The notes under the pieces: model-generated
The model's database searches: none
Told to the model about the DNA's origin: nothing
What the model saw: only the letters and a program-made list of their open reading frames with translations
Translations under genes and position numbers: made by a program
In this document: positions 33,977-48,300 of the stretch, piece after piece
Layout: each line of letters begins with the position of its first letter
Numbering within the stretch: position 1 is the first letter of the stretch
Assembly (NCBI RefSeq): GCF_038025025.1
Contig: NW_027117339.1
Location: 1,736,001 to 1,800,000, forward strand
Direction of reading: 5' to 3'
Source of the DNA: Phyllosticta citribraziliensis
Lineage: Eukaryota
DNA: 64,000 nt

Positions 33977-36900
33977 ATGCGTGGGTAAGATGGCCGAGTT
34001 CTGTTACCATGTTTCCCAGCTGACAGCTGTTCCTGTTTCGGTACAGCATTCGCCGCAACGCCCTCGAGAAGCTGGCTTCTCTCTCCGCCAGCTCGCCCGA
34101 TGTCGAATCGCGCACCTCCGATTTCGAGCGACTCTACAAACTCTGCCCCGCTTCATCTGTGTCCAATGGCGTCCACGAAGACGAGTCTCCGGCATACAAT
34201 GGCGCCTCCAAAGTGCCCATGGTACATCTTCTAAACAAAATTGTCTGGCAACCGCTCACAACCAACAGAGCTTACCAGAGCTTGAGACCCTTCTCGCGCT
34301 ATGCAAGGCCGCCCCTCTGGTCACGGACAGCGTCACGGCGGAGCAGCTTTTGAACCAGCTCGCCCCCTATCTCCCCGAGTCGTTTGCTCAAGCCATCGCG
34401 CCTTCTCCTTTTCTCCGGGACCTTGATCCATCGCCATGGGAGATCCTTACCCGCCATTTGACCTTTGCAATCCTGTCGCTAGGAATACGACACAAGTCCT
34501 TGCGGGAAACTGTCGTCGCGACAACAAACAGCTTTGTAAAGGAATGGACCCGATCAGCAGCTACGTTGGCAGGGGAGCGATTAAAACTCGAAGACTCTGT
34601 AGACGAAGCCGCCGACGCCCAGCTCTCTCGGATCTTATCATTGGCCATGTCCATGGTTGGATTCCTCACCGCCGCCGCGGAGCGCTCATCCATGTGGAGT
34701 CCGGCTGAGATGGTCGCACTAATCGAGGCCATAAAAGATGCTCTCTCGGAACAACTTATGATTGCTCTCGAGGCGTCTGTATCCAGTGCACTGTATGGCA
34801 GTCATACGAAGCGAAGTCTCAGGGAATGGAGGCGTTATACCAAACACTACGCTGCCATGGGACGCCCGCTTGGCGCTATGCTCTTGCATCATTGCTTTAT
34901 GCAGCTGGTCGCTTCTTGCACCGGCCACATCGCTGCTCCAGCGGACGATCAATCGCACAATTCGGTACTCGACCGCCTGCAAACAGCACAGGGTGTTGCT
35001 GAGAGGAATCTCGACGAGGACGCTGACACGTTCCTTTCCTTGGCCGCTGGCACAGCTGAAGATGAATTGGAGCGCATCAACGCCAACTCTGAGTACGTGA
35101 AGCGCATTGGGACGGTCTGGCAACAGCATCTCGCGCACGCGGTCATGGCTGATGCTCTCACTACGTATCTCTGCTGCGCCACGCTCAATGATGAGATCGC
35201 GGACCCAGACAAGTTGCTTGACTGGCTCGAGTCTACCATTACGGATGACATCCTGGTCGCTGATGAGATTCTCGCGTCAACCGTACTCAAGGCAATGTCC
35301 GTCCTGGGAAGGGCATCTCCTGACACTGCATCGCACCTTTGTCGTTCTCTGCCCCGCGTTATTGTCCAGGGAGGACTTAAAGAGGGCGTCTCTACAGTCG
35401 CTGCCGACTGTTTGGCAAGTGTTTTGATGATTCTGCCGCAAGATGCGGTGATTACTACTCTCTACAGTTTGGGCAACGTGTTGAGCAACAAGATTGACCG
35501 CGCAGCGCCAGGAGCCTCTCAGATGAACGGCACCAGCAAAGGCGGCGCCAACGGCAACATTCCGACACCCCACACTGGAGGTAGCCATATTTCCTTGGCA
35601 CCAGCTGATGTGGACGAACCCACTCATGTCTATGCAACGGTCATACAAACGATCGTTGGCGTGGCTACTCGCTGTGAAGACCAGAAAATTTCCGAGCTCG
35701 CCCTCTCTATGCTTGTACAAAAGATCGGACGGGTCAGCGCATCTGTAGATGCAAAGATCATCACAGAAGGTGCTTTGCTTGGTGCTCAAGCTGGTGCAAC
35801 CGAACTCCGGTCTCTTCTGAAGTTGTATACTAGACTGGCAAGAGACGGGATTGAAAAGGATAGTCACCATATTGTGGATGCTGTAAGTGCTTTACTCGTA
35901 ACTTGTGATTGACTTACTAAAAGCCGTAGGTAATGAAAGGAAGGTGCCACCTTTCCAGGAAATTCAAGGTCGGCCAGCCGTTATTCAACGTATACTTGCA
36001 GTGCATGCTCGAAGACATCGTCAGTAAGGGCGACGCCCATGGTGCTATTGAAGGCACTCACCTGGCGGACACGGAAATTTCAGCACAAGAGATAGCCCAG
36101 TTGTTGGCACCTCTTGCGATCCTGACATCAGAAAATGCAAGCACTGCAGAGGACTACATTGAGGACGAAACCTTCATCAGCTTACAGCGCGATGCTTGGT
36201 TCAACGTCGCAGTACACGGATTCAGTTTGACATCGCCGCTGGGCAAGAGATACCTCAACGACCTCCGAATTCTGGCCCAGCACAGTCCTACTTTGATAAC
36301 TGAGAATCGGACTGATCAGCTCGAGAGCGATGTCGAACTCAATACAGTCTTGCGCCGTGGCAAGAGTGGAGAGCACATCATTGAGCAGAAACGGCGACTC
36401 ATGGAGCTTTTGCCCTCTTGCGAGGCTGACATCAAGTCTTTGAGCTATCCAGAGGTTGTGTTCTTGAACACTGTGCACTTGGTTGAGGGACTCCGTGCAA
36501 GCTCCGGGGACTGCACAAAGATTTTAAACTACTTTATCGATCCCAGGCTTCGTGGAAAGGAGATTGGCAATTGTATGGTTGCCATTGCGGAGGCTGGAGT
36601 CCGGTCCTATCTAACCAAAACGCTCTCTGGATCCTTCCAGGCCTTCTCCGCGCCATACGTTGCGCAACAGTTGGCGGTCGTCTTTACCGGCTGCTGTCAC
36701 AGAATCCTACAGGCGCAAAAGGTTGCCATCCACTGCGCAGATATCATCATCCAACAAATTCCTTCTGCGCTTTGCCAAAGAACATCCCTCTTCGCTCTGT
36801 TGGAGCTTCTCACCATGATGTGGGCCAGTTGTCTGGAGCGCGAAATCGACGAATACGAATGGACTTCAACGTTCAAATCCCCCGTGGAAAACATCTCAAT

Positions 36901-39900
36901 CGAGCTGTCGGACAACTACAGCTTCCGCCGCAACACGCTGGTCCAGCTTCAGAACAGAGCCCGCGTATGGGTCCTTAGCGTCATGGACATTGCGCCCCTA
37001 GACATCAAGGGCTTGCTTCAGACGTATCTTTCAGACTACGACGATGACGGGGCTTATGGGCATGTCTCGCTTGGGCGATCTTTTGCCCTGGAGATGGGCT
37101 CCGTCATCCCGTCCACTGACCAGCGCCTTGGAGCCATTGACCGCGAGAGGGAACTGAACATCAACACGGCTTCGGACTTTGTCGCTCAGTACACGAACCG
37201 CCAAGAATACCGGTACGTTGAGACCATCTCAGACCACAATGATGCTTGGATCCGGTTTGGAAACACTGCGGATCCCTTGATGCGCCGGGCAAACATGCAT
37301 CGCGACAGCATGGAAGCAGCCCGCCTGGTGCTGGCTGACTTGGAACAACGAACCCTGGGCAACAAACACGTTTCCATCGTGGAACTTCGCGACGTTCTCC
37401 GAAGAGCTGCTGCATTGCTCTGCCGAAGCCCCAGAGATGAGTGCGCCGTTGCGCATCATGTGATTGGTGTTCCATTCGCGGTATTCAACAAGCAGTCCAT
37501 CAAGCTCGGTATTTCGCTATGGATGAGCATCATCAAGGAAAACCCAAGAATGGAGTCTCGTATTCTGGTCGAGATTGCCGAAAACTTCGAAAAGACTGTC
37601 CGCAGGAGACTTGGAATGTTCAATGAGTCTTACGACCATGCGGACCCATTCTACCTCAAACAAGAATTCGCACCATCCGATCGTGCCGCGAACATGAAAA
37701 AGCAACAGCATGCCTACAACTTGATCGCCCCTCATTTCCGCCTGTTGCAGTTCCTCGAAAGTCATTTCAGCGCCACCCGTCTTGGGAGTCCACACGTCGA
37801 GAAGGTCTACCACCGCCTGGTTCACATTATCCTCTCTGCAATGAACCACACAACCAATCACCCGCTGAATCGCGAGGCTCATCTTCACGTTGTCCTCTTG
37901 GGTCTTCGGGTCCTGCAGTTCAGCACAGGGATGAGCATCGCTGCTCAGTGGCGCTTGAAGGACCGCGTCCTTTCTGCTGCATTGGCATGGTTCAAGCAGA
38001 GACCAAGATGGTCATTTGGTGGTAATCGTCTACAAATCAAGGCCGAGGGGCAAGTTTTGATAGACATCCACAATGCCCTTCAGAATGTTGCGGCGGTTGG
38101 CCTCAACAACAACGGATCGAGAAAGAGCCTACATGCCAAGCAAGAGTTGCTCCTTTTGCTTCTCGCAAGTGAGCATTACCGTCTGATGGTATGGCTGTTC
38201 CCGCTCGAAAACGATCGAAGGAGCCATTTGATGCCTGGACAGTCCAGCAAGCCCCCCACAGACGCCGTGCTTTCTGGACTGCTGAAGACGGCTTGGGCGG
38301 AACACCCGCACTTGGCAGTACAGCTAGCTGCGAGATACAACTCGCAGAGGCTAGCCAACGAGGTCAGGTGGCTGGTCTTGAACTTCCCTGAGAAGGTGCT
38401 TGACGAACCTGCTGCCCTCGAGATAATGCTCGGTCGTGCTCTTCCGGACGACATTTCGTTCCAGCTCAAGTATCTGATGTACTGGGTTCCGGTGAACCCC
38501 ATTACGGCCGTCACATACTTCTTGCCTGCATATGGCAACCACCCCTTCATCATCCAGTATGCCATGAGAGCCCTGGAAAGCCATCCTACCGACGTGACGT
38601 TTTTCTACGTACCGCAGATCGTCCAGACCTTGCGGTATGACGTGCTTGGATATGTTGAGCGCTACATCATTGAGACTGCCAAGTTCTCTCAACTGTTCGC
38701 TCACCAGATCATATGGAACATGAAGGCAAATGCCTACAAGGACGAAGATGCTACGATTGTAAGTCTTACATGCAAGCGAACACAATAAACGGCTAACCTT
38801 TTGAAGCCTGATCCTGTCAAGCCCACTCTGGACAAGGTTATGGAGAGCCTTGAAAACAGCTTCAGTCCAAAAGATCGTGAATTCTACGATCGCGAATTCT
38901 CCTTCTTCAACGAGGTCACAGACATCTCGGGTAAACTCAAACCTTTCATCAAGAAGTCCAAGCCGGAGAAAAAGCAAAAGATTGAAGAGGAACTCCGCAA
39001 GATCAAGGTGGAAGTCGGCGTCTACCTACCGAGTAACCCAGATGGTGTGGTGATTGGCATCGACCGAAAGTCTGGAAAGCCTTTGCAGAGTCACGCGAAA
39101 GCCCCTTACATGGCCACATTCCGCATTCGCAAGGACAAGGACAGCAACAACGAATCCAACGACGACCGCGCCGAAGATGTCACGGAGGGCAAGGAAGACT
39201 CGTACGAAGTCTGGCAATCGGCCATCTTCAAGGTCGGAGACGACTGCCGCCAGGATGTCTTGGCTCTGCAAATGATTGCCGCCTTCCGTGGTATATTCAA
39301 CGACGTTGGCTTGGACGTTTTTGTTTATCCTTACCGGGTCACTGCCACAGCTCCAGGTTGCGGTGTCATTGACGTTCTCCCCAACTCGATTTCGCGCGAC
39401 TTGCTGGGCCGTGAAGCTGTCAATGGCCTGTACGACTACTTCGTCTCCAAGTATGGCGGCGAAGACTCGATCCGGTTCCAGGAGGCTCGCAACAACTTTG
39501 TCAAGAGTATGGCGGCCTACAGCATCATCTCATACCTTCTTCAATTCAAGGATCGCCACAACGGAAATATCATGATCGATGACTCGGGTCACATCCTCCA
39601 CATCGACTTTGGCTTCTGTTTCGACATTGCCCCAGGTGGCATCAAGTTCGAGCGTGCTCCCTTCAAGCTGACGCAGGAAATGGTTGCTGTCATGGGTGGC
39701 TCTACCGATTCGCAACCATATCACTGGTTTGAAGAGCTCTGCATTAAGGCATTCTTGGCTGCCCGCCAACATTGCGAGCACCTGGCCCACATTGTCATTG
39801 CCATGCTGGACTCCGGCTTGCCCTGCTTCAAGCCTGAGACGGTGCAGCACTTCCGCGAGAGATTTGTTTTGGACAAGACAGAGAGGGAGGCCGCTGACTT

Positions 39901-39991
39901 TATGCGCTTCTTGATCAGGAAGAGTTACAACAGTTTGAGTACAGGGCAGTATGACCGCTTCCAGCTGTTGACCAACGGCATTCCGTTCTAG
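33977..39991 (+). CDS. STT4: Phosphatidylinositol 4-kinase type III alpha
   Basis: Introns 33985-34046, 34222-34268, 35883-35929 and 38759-38806 keep one frame. PIK helical domain FFYVPQIVQTLRYD; kinase PLQSHAKAPY, AIFKVGDDCRQD, KDRHNGN, HIDFGF, FERAPFKLT. Confidence 0.96.
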
Positions 39992-40493
39992 TCTGGGACG
40001 CTGGGACAGCCTTTTTTCACGGGTCTGCTGGCCCTTCTCTTGTTCCTCCCGCTGTACAGATTATAATGATACATTTTATCCCCAATCGTCTGGTCTGGTG
40101 AAGTTGCTGTGCCTTCCACCGTTCCTGCAGAGAAGCGTGGCCCTTGGGATGAGGCCATGCTGGTGGGCCGTGACGCTGCGCGTTTGGGCCAATCACGATC
40201 CAGGATCCCGATGACGACATCCGATGCCGGACATCCGAGCAGCACACCGGTAGGTCCTAACTACTACCTATCGACAGGTGTTTAAATAAAACTTTCCGGC
40301 TTTGCCTTTTGCAGCTCATTCACGCCTACAACAGTCCTCAGCGATTCCAAAAGCTTTGCTGTGGAACGGCAACCATCCAGAAGCTTCGCATTCATCACCT
40401 CGCACAGCCACATCTCTGGCACCAGGAATCGATTTATCAATACCACCACTCCACATCTTGATAAAGAGCTTGGAAACAAATTTGCAACTCAAG

Positions 40494-41450
40494 ATGGCCA
40501 ATGCGAAAATTAGCCCGATTCACGACACGACAACGCCTCAAAAAGACCCAACATTCCGCGTTTACACCTCATCTCAAGCAGCGACGTACGCCCAAAACCG
40601 TGGGGCATATCCCAAAGAGCTCTATGAGTTCATCCTCAGCCGCCATGCCGAGACAGGGGGTCAATTCACCCAACTCCTCGACGTCGGCTGCGGGCCAGGC
40701 AACGCCATCCGAGATCTTGCGCCACATTTCGACGCCGCAACTGGCTGCGACCCTGGCCACGAGATGATCGTCACAGCAGCGCAACTGGGGGGCACGACGC
40801 GGTCCGGAGCCGCCATCAGCTGGCGCGTCAGTTCGGCAGAGGAGCTGAGCCAGGCATCCGGGCTCGCTGAAGCTTCGGTCGACTTGCTCACCGCGGCCAC
40901 AGCGGCGCACTGGTTCGACATGGCGCCGTTCTGGAAGGAGGCCGCGGCGCTCGTCAAGCCGGGCGGCAGCGTCGCGCTGTTTGCGAAGACGCGCATGTAC
41001 AGCCATCCCGAGAATCCAGCGCACGAGGCTGTACAGAAGGCCCTGGATGACTACGAGAAGGATGTCATTGGTCCACACATGATGCCAGGGAACTGGGTGC
41101 TGCGTCGCTTCTTTGCCGATTTGGAGTTGCCATGGCAGACGGATCCCTCGCAGACGGCCTTTGATGAGGGCAGGTTTGAGCGCTACAAGTGGAATGATTA
41201 CAGCTTGGATGGTCCCGATGGCAAGGACTTTTTCGGTGGCAGTCAGGTTGTGCCTCTGGAGAGGCTGTACGATTTGCTGTCGACAGCAGCCCCGGCAACT
41301 AGGTGGCGCGAGGCGCATCCCGAAGATACAGAGACGGAGAGGGACTGTGTTCGGGCATTGATGACGAGGCTGAAAGAGGTCTCTGGCAAGGATGAGTTGA
41401 GGCTGACGCAAGGCCTCGCATTCCTGCTCTTCAAGAGGGCTGCTTATTGA
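40494..41450 (+). CDS. Class I SAM-dependent methyltransferase (Tmt1/trans-aconitate methyltransferase-like)
   Basis: YAQNRGAYP, LLDVGCGPG (motif I), GCDPGHEMI, SAEEL, VDLLTAATAAHWFD, VKPGGSVAL. Confidence 0.9.
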   Translation: MANAKISPIHDTTTPQKDPTFRVYTSSQAATYAQNRGAYPKELYEFILSRHAETGGQFTQLLDVGCGPGNAIRDLAPHFDAATGCDPGHEMIVTAAQLGGTTRSGAAISWRVSSAEELSQASGLAEASVDLLTAATAAHWFDMAPFWKEAAALVKPGGSVALFAKTRMYSHPENPAHEAVQKALDDYEKDVIGPHMMPGNWVLRRFFADLELPWQTDPSQTAFDEGRFERYKWNDYSLDGPDGKDFFGGSQVVPLERLYDLLSTAAPATRWREAHPEDTETERDCVRALMTRLKEVSGKDELRLTQGLAFLLFKRAAY

Positions 41451-41970
41451 GAATAAGTGGGGTCGTGAGAGGCTAAAAATGTCGTCTTGCAGCATCGTCA
41501 ATGATCGAAACGCTCAAAAGTTAGCGAATAGCAGATCTGTACTTGTCGCAACTTCAAAGTCGGTCACGACGTCCTAACATAGGGAATCCATGAATGCTTG
41601 CACGCCATTCGACTCCAAATCATGCCAGGTTGAACAGAGGATTCCGAACCACGCACACCGGCAGAAATAACCCGATGCGCATCCTCAAGTCAAGACCGTC
41701 AGCATGCAGAAGACCAGTAAGCCACCGACATGGATCCGTGCGACGTGTCATAGATCTAGCCAGCTAATAGATATATAGAGGACCGAACCAGCCTTGGGAG
41801 ACGTCTGTCTGATTCATGTGATTGTGTTCGAGCTTCTCTAGCTGACCTAAGGTGTTGACGATTCTGTGCAGTACTTGGTTGCTTATGACTGATGGAACTT
41901 TTACTTACTATCACCATTTCTGTGTGTCTCCTGTTCAGCCCTTGCACTGGCAAAGCAGCCATTCAGAAAA

Positions 41971-44900
41971 ATGGTTGAACCATTTTCAGCCCGTTTGAAG
42001 CCGGAAGATGGGGATAGTATAGATACAGAACTAGGCGCTGATGAGCCCGGGCACACTCCCAGAATCCCCTTGAGAAACATGTATAGAGAAGACCGTATGT
42101 TCAAGTCTCCAGCTATATACCCAGCGGCTGACCTGGATCAGTCTACATGGTTATACCCGAGGGCCTCAGAGAGTCGTTTTTCTGTGTTGGAAAGGTTTGG
42201 TCCAGATCTCGATTCTTAGAGGTATTGCCATTTCTGACGACCACAGATCATTCAGTCCAAGCTACTGCCGGAAGAAAGAGACAACTCGTCGAGAAGGATG
42301 CTTGGAAATACATCAAAGGAGTCTCACAGCAATTTCCGGCGGGGCGTCATCATATCGCGCGACGATGAAAAATTCAAGTGCCTGTAGGTTGGCGTTATCT
42401 GCGACAGATTAACAAACTGACGGTTGTCAGGCCGATCAAAACTTACGGAGGCCAAGGAACATTGCGTCCAGATGTTCTCTTCCGCCAGGGAAAACACGCC
42501 ATGGTCTATACTTCTCGACAACCACCGCCCCCCATTCCAGGAGAACATAATCTGAGGGCCGCGATTCGAGCCATATCTTTCCACCCGAGCGACAAAATAC
42601 CCTTAACGGCCCGCGTGGATTACAGTAGAGAATTCTTCGTGCCATACGATCGCCTTGTACGACAAATTGCTCAAATTGCAGAGGACAGCTTGACCACCCT
42701 CCGCCTGGACTATGCAAGTGTTGCAAATGATGGAAGAGGTGTCTCTGAGGACGCCAGGACTTGGGGTATCCGCTCCATTGGCCCCACTGAATCTCGTTCC
42801 ATGCCGTCTGGATCGACCCAGGCTACATCAGTGGTTGGACACAGCCGGTCTGGAAACATTTCTTCTCAGCGCTTCGCTTTTCCATCTGCATCTCAGATAC
42901 CGAAAGATCACTCTGGAGGTTCTCAGCAAACAACGAACTTGAGACATTCCGAGGTTGAAGAGGACGCTGGTACAAAATACATACAGAACATCGTGGACTC
43001 AGGCGATATTAAAGCCTTGAAGCGTTTGATCGAGAAGTCTCCCGAGACATGGAAGAACTCAAACTTCGCCTGGATCGAAGAAATGCTGCAGATGGGATAT
43101 GAAGCTGAAGAAGTTGCAGAATTGCTACTTGAGAAGGCTCGCGACTCACCATGGATCTACTTCCAACAACAGGAGGACATGACTGCCAATCCCAAAGAAG
43201 GCTGGCATATGCATTCCTGTCCCCACGCAAATTTTACCAATGCCTCTGATGAAACAGCGCTTTCCGACGAAACCGACGATTTATCGAGAGCTCCGAGTAT
43301 TGCTTCAAGCACTAAGAGCTCTGAAGTCTTGAGCCTTGTCGAAAAGCTCTGTGGCCTTGGGGGAGTTTCTCCTTGCTCACGGAATGCCGATGATTGGTCT
43401 GGACAGGCATCGCTCGATCTTGACAGACAAGAGGTTAGTCTCACCATTCATCCGACCTTGGAAAATTTGCACAAAGTCATACGCAACTTGTGTTGCGCTG
43501 CCAGTCTTCTACAGGAAGCTGGCCTTTGTTGTGACAGTTTCACAACCCTACTACTCCTTCCGGGAAGCAACCGCGTCAAAATGGTCCGGACTCCATTTAC
43601 AATCCTGGTGGAAATGTGCAACACAATTTCAGTACTTGAAAAGGGCATGAGAGAAATGCAAGAGACGGCGGACCGCAATCTGCCAGCTCAGCATTCTGTC
43701 AACACTCCCTCCACATTTGACGAGGTCTCAGCTCTTCACCAGTGTTGCATAACCGTACAGATGCTGGCCATTGGACTTTTGTCCTACACGCAGGCTCACA
43801 TCACACCTCTCAGGCCTTCCTTTTTGGACACAGATATCCAAAGTGTTCGGTTACTTGGACACCAGGAACTCGGCAGCACCCCCAAAGTTATAGCGGAACC
43901 AATCAGATTGTCGTGCATATCCGATATGCTCCAGGGACATGTGCTAGTTCTTCGGTCTGTGGAAATGGAAGCGCCAACGTCAAGACCACATTTATTGGGA
44001 CTTCCAGAAGACATCCTGAGCACCTGGGGTCCCGGTTGCTACTTAACCGTGCCTGGAAGGGAGGTTGAAGAAGAACTGTATGCCATGCGCATTAAAGGTG
44101 GCACCATAATGGCATCGGACGGAGATGAAAGCCTCTTCCATTGGTATCCGACCATTTGTCTTCAAATCTCTGATCGAAGATTCCACAAAGGCCAAGAAAT
44201 CACCATTGGAGCGAGAAGTGGATCACTGACCACTATCAAAGAAAATTGTCCCAAGATTGAAAGAGAGATGTTCGACCAGTGCAACGAAATTTTCAATCAC
44301 TTCGGGACCGAGCCTAGTCACCTGGAGCTCATTGAACACCAAGCAATGGTTCAGATTACAGCGCCGCAAACGAACTTCCAGTATGGTCAGGTGTATCGCC
44401 CAATACCTGCTACAACAATCAAAGAGGCAGAACTCGCTAGAATCAAACCAAGTTATCCGTTTCTGGAATCTTTTTGGGGTCTGCAAGTCAGCTTTTGCAC
44501 CGGCGTTGCTAAGAGAGTCCGCATGCGAGAGCTCATCGCTGATCTGCTTTCAGCTTATGTGGCAAGAGCAATGCCAAGTCCATGGTGGTTCGATGCTGAA
44601 AAAGCCAGCATCATCGAGGCCTTTCGGGATTCCGATAACACCATTCACTTGAAGCAGTGGCTGGAGGAAAACCCCCAAGATCGTCAAGAATTTCTTTGGA
44701 GCGCTATCAGAGGAATTGTCGACCTTCTCAAAATCACAGGAATTGCCAAAGACGGCTCCCTATCGATTGCGTGGGTCCTTCCGGATCCGGAACGGGAAGC
44801 TCAGTGCTTGAGGATCGAATGTGAGCGCGAGAGTTACTGGGCAAAGGTGTTGACCGATTCGAGATACTGCGCAACTTTTGCTTACCTCACCTCGAACTGT

Positions 44901-45347
44901 CTCGAGACAGATCAAATCAAGTGCACGGGACCAACGCCTTCTTGGCCGTTGACGACTCCAGTCCTCAGCACTGCGGTTTCCCTGCATCAGACGGAGAAAA
45001 GAGCAGTGCCCATCAACAGGCTGGAATTCCAGAAAGATGACTTGTATTTCATCGGGAAGTCTAAGCTTCGTCTTCAAGTCAAGGTGGAGAAAATGCCCGA
45101 GGATGACAGCACAAGGCTTGTACTGCTGCGAACTATGCCTTGGACGATACCATCAGAGATGTCGCGTCGAATGAGATCGAACGGCCCCAAGAGGCTTCGT
45201 GAGAAGACAGATGGCAGAGCCCCAGCGCATCCAGTGCTCACATTGGCGGAAAACCATCACTTCGGCCTCACCCATTTTAGATTTACGCACGCCTCCTCTT
45301 CTGACGTCGCCGTGGCGACTGTTCCCGCGTACCAGTCACGTAGCTAA
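41971..45347 (+). CDS. Hypothetical ~1076-aa protein: N-terminal DUF6590-like domain fused to a large uncharacterised domain
   Basis: Introns 42095-42141, 42195-42246 and 42384-42430 give one frame: FFCVGK..FRRGVII..FKCLPIKTYGGQGTLR..HAMVYT..ARVDYSR (DUF6590-like pattern). Then a long open exon with WGLQVSFCTGVAKRV and DSRYCATFAYLT. Confidence 0.78.
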
Positions 45348-48300
45348 ACGGCGAATCCGTGTCCCTCGAAGACTACGGGCTCTAAAGATGAGTGCGCAAC
45401 AAACTCTTGCTTTCTGGCAGTGAAGGATGACCTCAGTGGATTTCCCCAACTCGGAGTGCTGCACAGACACGCCTTTCCAATTTCAGACCCTGTAGCAAGA
45501 GAAGCCACATCGGCCACAGAATCTGCCACAGCGACTAGAAATGCTTTGGGACGCTTCAAAACGAGAGATCTGTAAATGTTAATTAGAAAGAGGACTCCCA
45601 TCTACAAGTTGTGCAGTGCTGCTTCATGCTCACCAAACCCTCCGATCTGACTGCACAAACTGACTTTGCGATAACTACCGTACCATCCACAATCTGTCGT
45701 CAGTGCTCAGAATCAAAATGGAAAGAAGAAGCGAGATCGCGCCGATTGCATGGGTTGAAGAATGATTTCATCGCTTCTTCCAAAAGAATGGTTGAGATCC
45801 ACATGTCTGCAGCCAATCTTCGATACACAGGGCAGATTGAAGATCTGGAACTTTTCGGGCCCTGTGCCAATATTCGGCGCGCAACGCCAGGGTCGCCACG
45901 TTTTCCACCCCAGCTCACATCCAGGGCTTGCTCCAACCAAGCAGGAGCAGCACGCGTCGGCCAAGTTTCAGCGCCTCGCCAAACCATGGTTCGCGCAATC
46001 GGCATTCCCACGAGCTGAGGTAGAACCCTGGGGCCCAGGGAGAGCCGCACCAGTATTGGAGGAAGAAACAAAAATGAAATAATACGGCGCGCCAGTCCTG
46101 GCCAGGATAAAACGCCAGCTACTGTGTGTGCCCTGACAGAAGAAGTAAAAAAACAAAAATACCATCAATCCAGGGTCGAAGAGGCGGCGCGTGGTCGTGA
46201 TGTGACATGGGGTCAATGTATGCCCAGCCAGCCAGACAAAGCAAGCACGTCTGCGACCTTCGTCACGTCAATCGTGCGCAAGCGACGGTCCGACGTCCCT
46301 GGGCAGACATATCGTTGTCTCGTTTCTCTCTCCCGCCTTGGACTCGGGACGAAAAGAAAAAGCATGCGGCGACTCTTGCGGGGCCCCCTGGACTGACGTC
46401 TGCAGAAATATGCCACGCGGCTTGCGTCCCAGCATTACTAGATTTTCTTATTCGTCGCCCAATGTTGGTTTTGCGATTTTTGGGATCCCCGGAGTCCTCC
46501 TGCTTCGCTGGCAATTGCGAAGTGCGCTCGCTTCTCTTCCATGAGGCAATCCCTGCCTCCGCTCCTCGTCAGTCAGCCATGGCAGTTGACGTGCGTCACT
46601 GCGCCACCACCCGGCCGTTTTGCTGACTTTGCGGATATGCCTTCCTAGAGGAGGAGGATTTGGATTCAATCCGAAATGTAAACTGGCGCGTGGCTATGCA
46701 ATAGCGCCAGCGCCATCGCGTTTCCTCGACGTGTCTTGCTTCGCGTTGCATTTGCGCTTCTGGCCCTCCCACAGCCTGACATCCAGGCGGGATGGATGGA
46801 TGGATGATGCGTGTAATCCAGATGCTTGGTAAGCTTGGCCCAGCCGACGAATGAGCGTTTATCCTGCACAGCCACAGGTCAGCATCCAGTTTCCTATACC
46901 GGCATTGGCGCGTGTCCGACCAGCCTGCACCAATTCAGGCAGGTGAGGAAGCTGGAAAAGAAACGTGTCTCGCATGTGTCGGGGACGGCGCGTCGAATTC
47001 TGTTTTCAAAGCCAAAAAAAAGCTAAACGTCGTCAAGGCAGCAAAATTGAGAAGCTGTGTGAGTTGCTGAACGGGGGAAGGGTTGCGAACGCTTGCTGCA
47101 TGACACACTTGCCAATATCAGATCGACGGCTCTTCCTGACCACCACTTGCACCCACTTCAACACACTGGCGCCGCATGAGCCAGCCCTTCAATAACAGCA
47201 GCTATAACCATTCGTGCCCACTCTCCGCGCACGAATCTTAAACTTTTTCAGAGCAGTTCGCGACCCCACGGCGTCGACCACTCGCAATCCACGGGGCCAC
47301 ATAGACTCACCCCTTCAAACCCTTGCCACCACGACGCGTTCCTTTTTTTTTTTTTTTTCACTCGCGCAGGCCTCGTCTCGACGACCACCACCCAAAAAGC
47401 ATCCGCCTCGAGCCGAGACCGACTGGTCTCGCCTCGCCCCTCTTCCAACTCTAAAACTTGGTTATCAGATTGGCACCCACGTTTCCCGAGCACACACACT
47501 CCCTGAATCTCCACGGGCGCCCGCGCCGCCCTCTCGGCCCCAGGCGATCGGGTCGCCGCGCCTTGCGCGCACGCACGCGCCCGCCCCCGTTGTCGACCAC
47601 CCACCATGAAGAGCCTGAGCTGGGCTGGGATGGCCTGCTGCAGCAGAATTCCCATGGTCGGCCGTTCTGGCAAACTCATCCCGCCCGTGGGTGGTGTATG
47701 TGATGATGATGCTAAGCCATGCTTTTCCCCACAATCCAAACGCATTCTACCGCGCCCGCCCTTCCCCCCCGTTGCCCACACGTGCGGTTCCCTCGATTTT
47801 GTGCAGGGCACCCGGCTGGGGTCGGTTGGGAGTGGAGTGTTTGTGTGTAAGATAACATTTAATACATCCACCCCTCCACCGCCACGATACTCCTGCATGG
47901 GCGTGGGCGTTGGCGTGGGCATGGGCGTGGGCGGCACAGCTAGCGAGGCGCGCGATCTGTAACGTCATGCCATCGAGCAATGGTAAGCGGGTCCGCGGAG
48001 TTTCTTTTTCTCGCTTGCTCTTTTCCTGTTTTGCTTTTTTCTCCATCTCTCTCCAGACACGTCGCTACCATTGCTACATTTGCCGTAGGTTTGCTAGTCA
48101 GCCCAGCGCTGCGTTGTGTTGCAACTCGGTGCTCGATTTAGGGGACGTGGTTCGTTCATCTTCAGCTGACCGCTCCTGGCCGCCGCCTGGAGATCTTCCG
48201 GGAACGTGTCAGCGTCCGCGTTCGCTGTCGCGTGGCAAGGCCGTGCCTTGGCGATGCCATCTATATCCGTGCGCGACGGGATTCTCTCTTCATGATCTAA

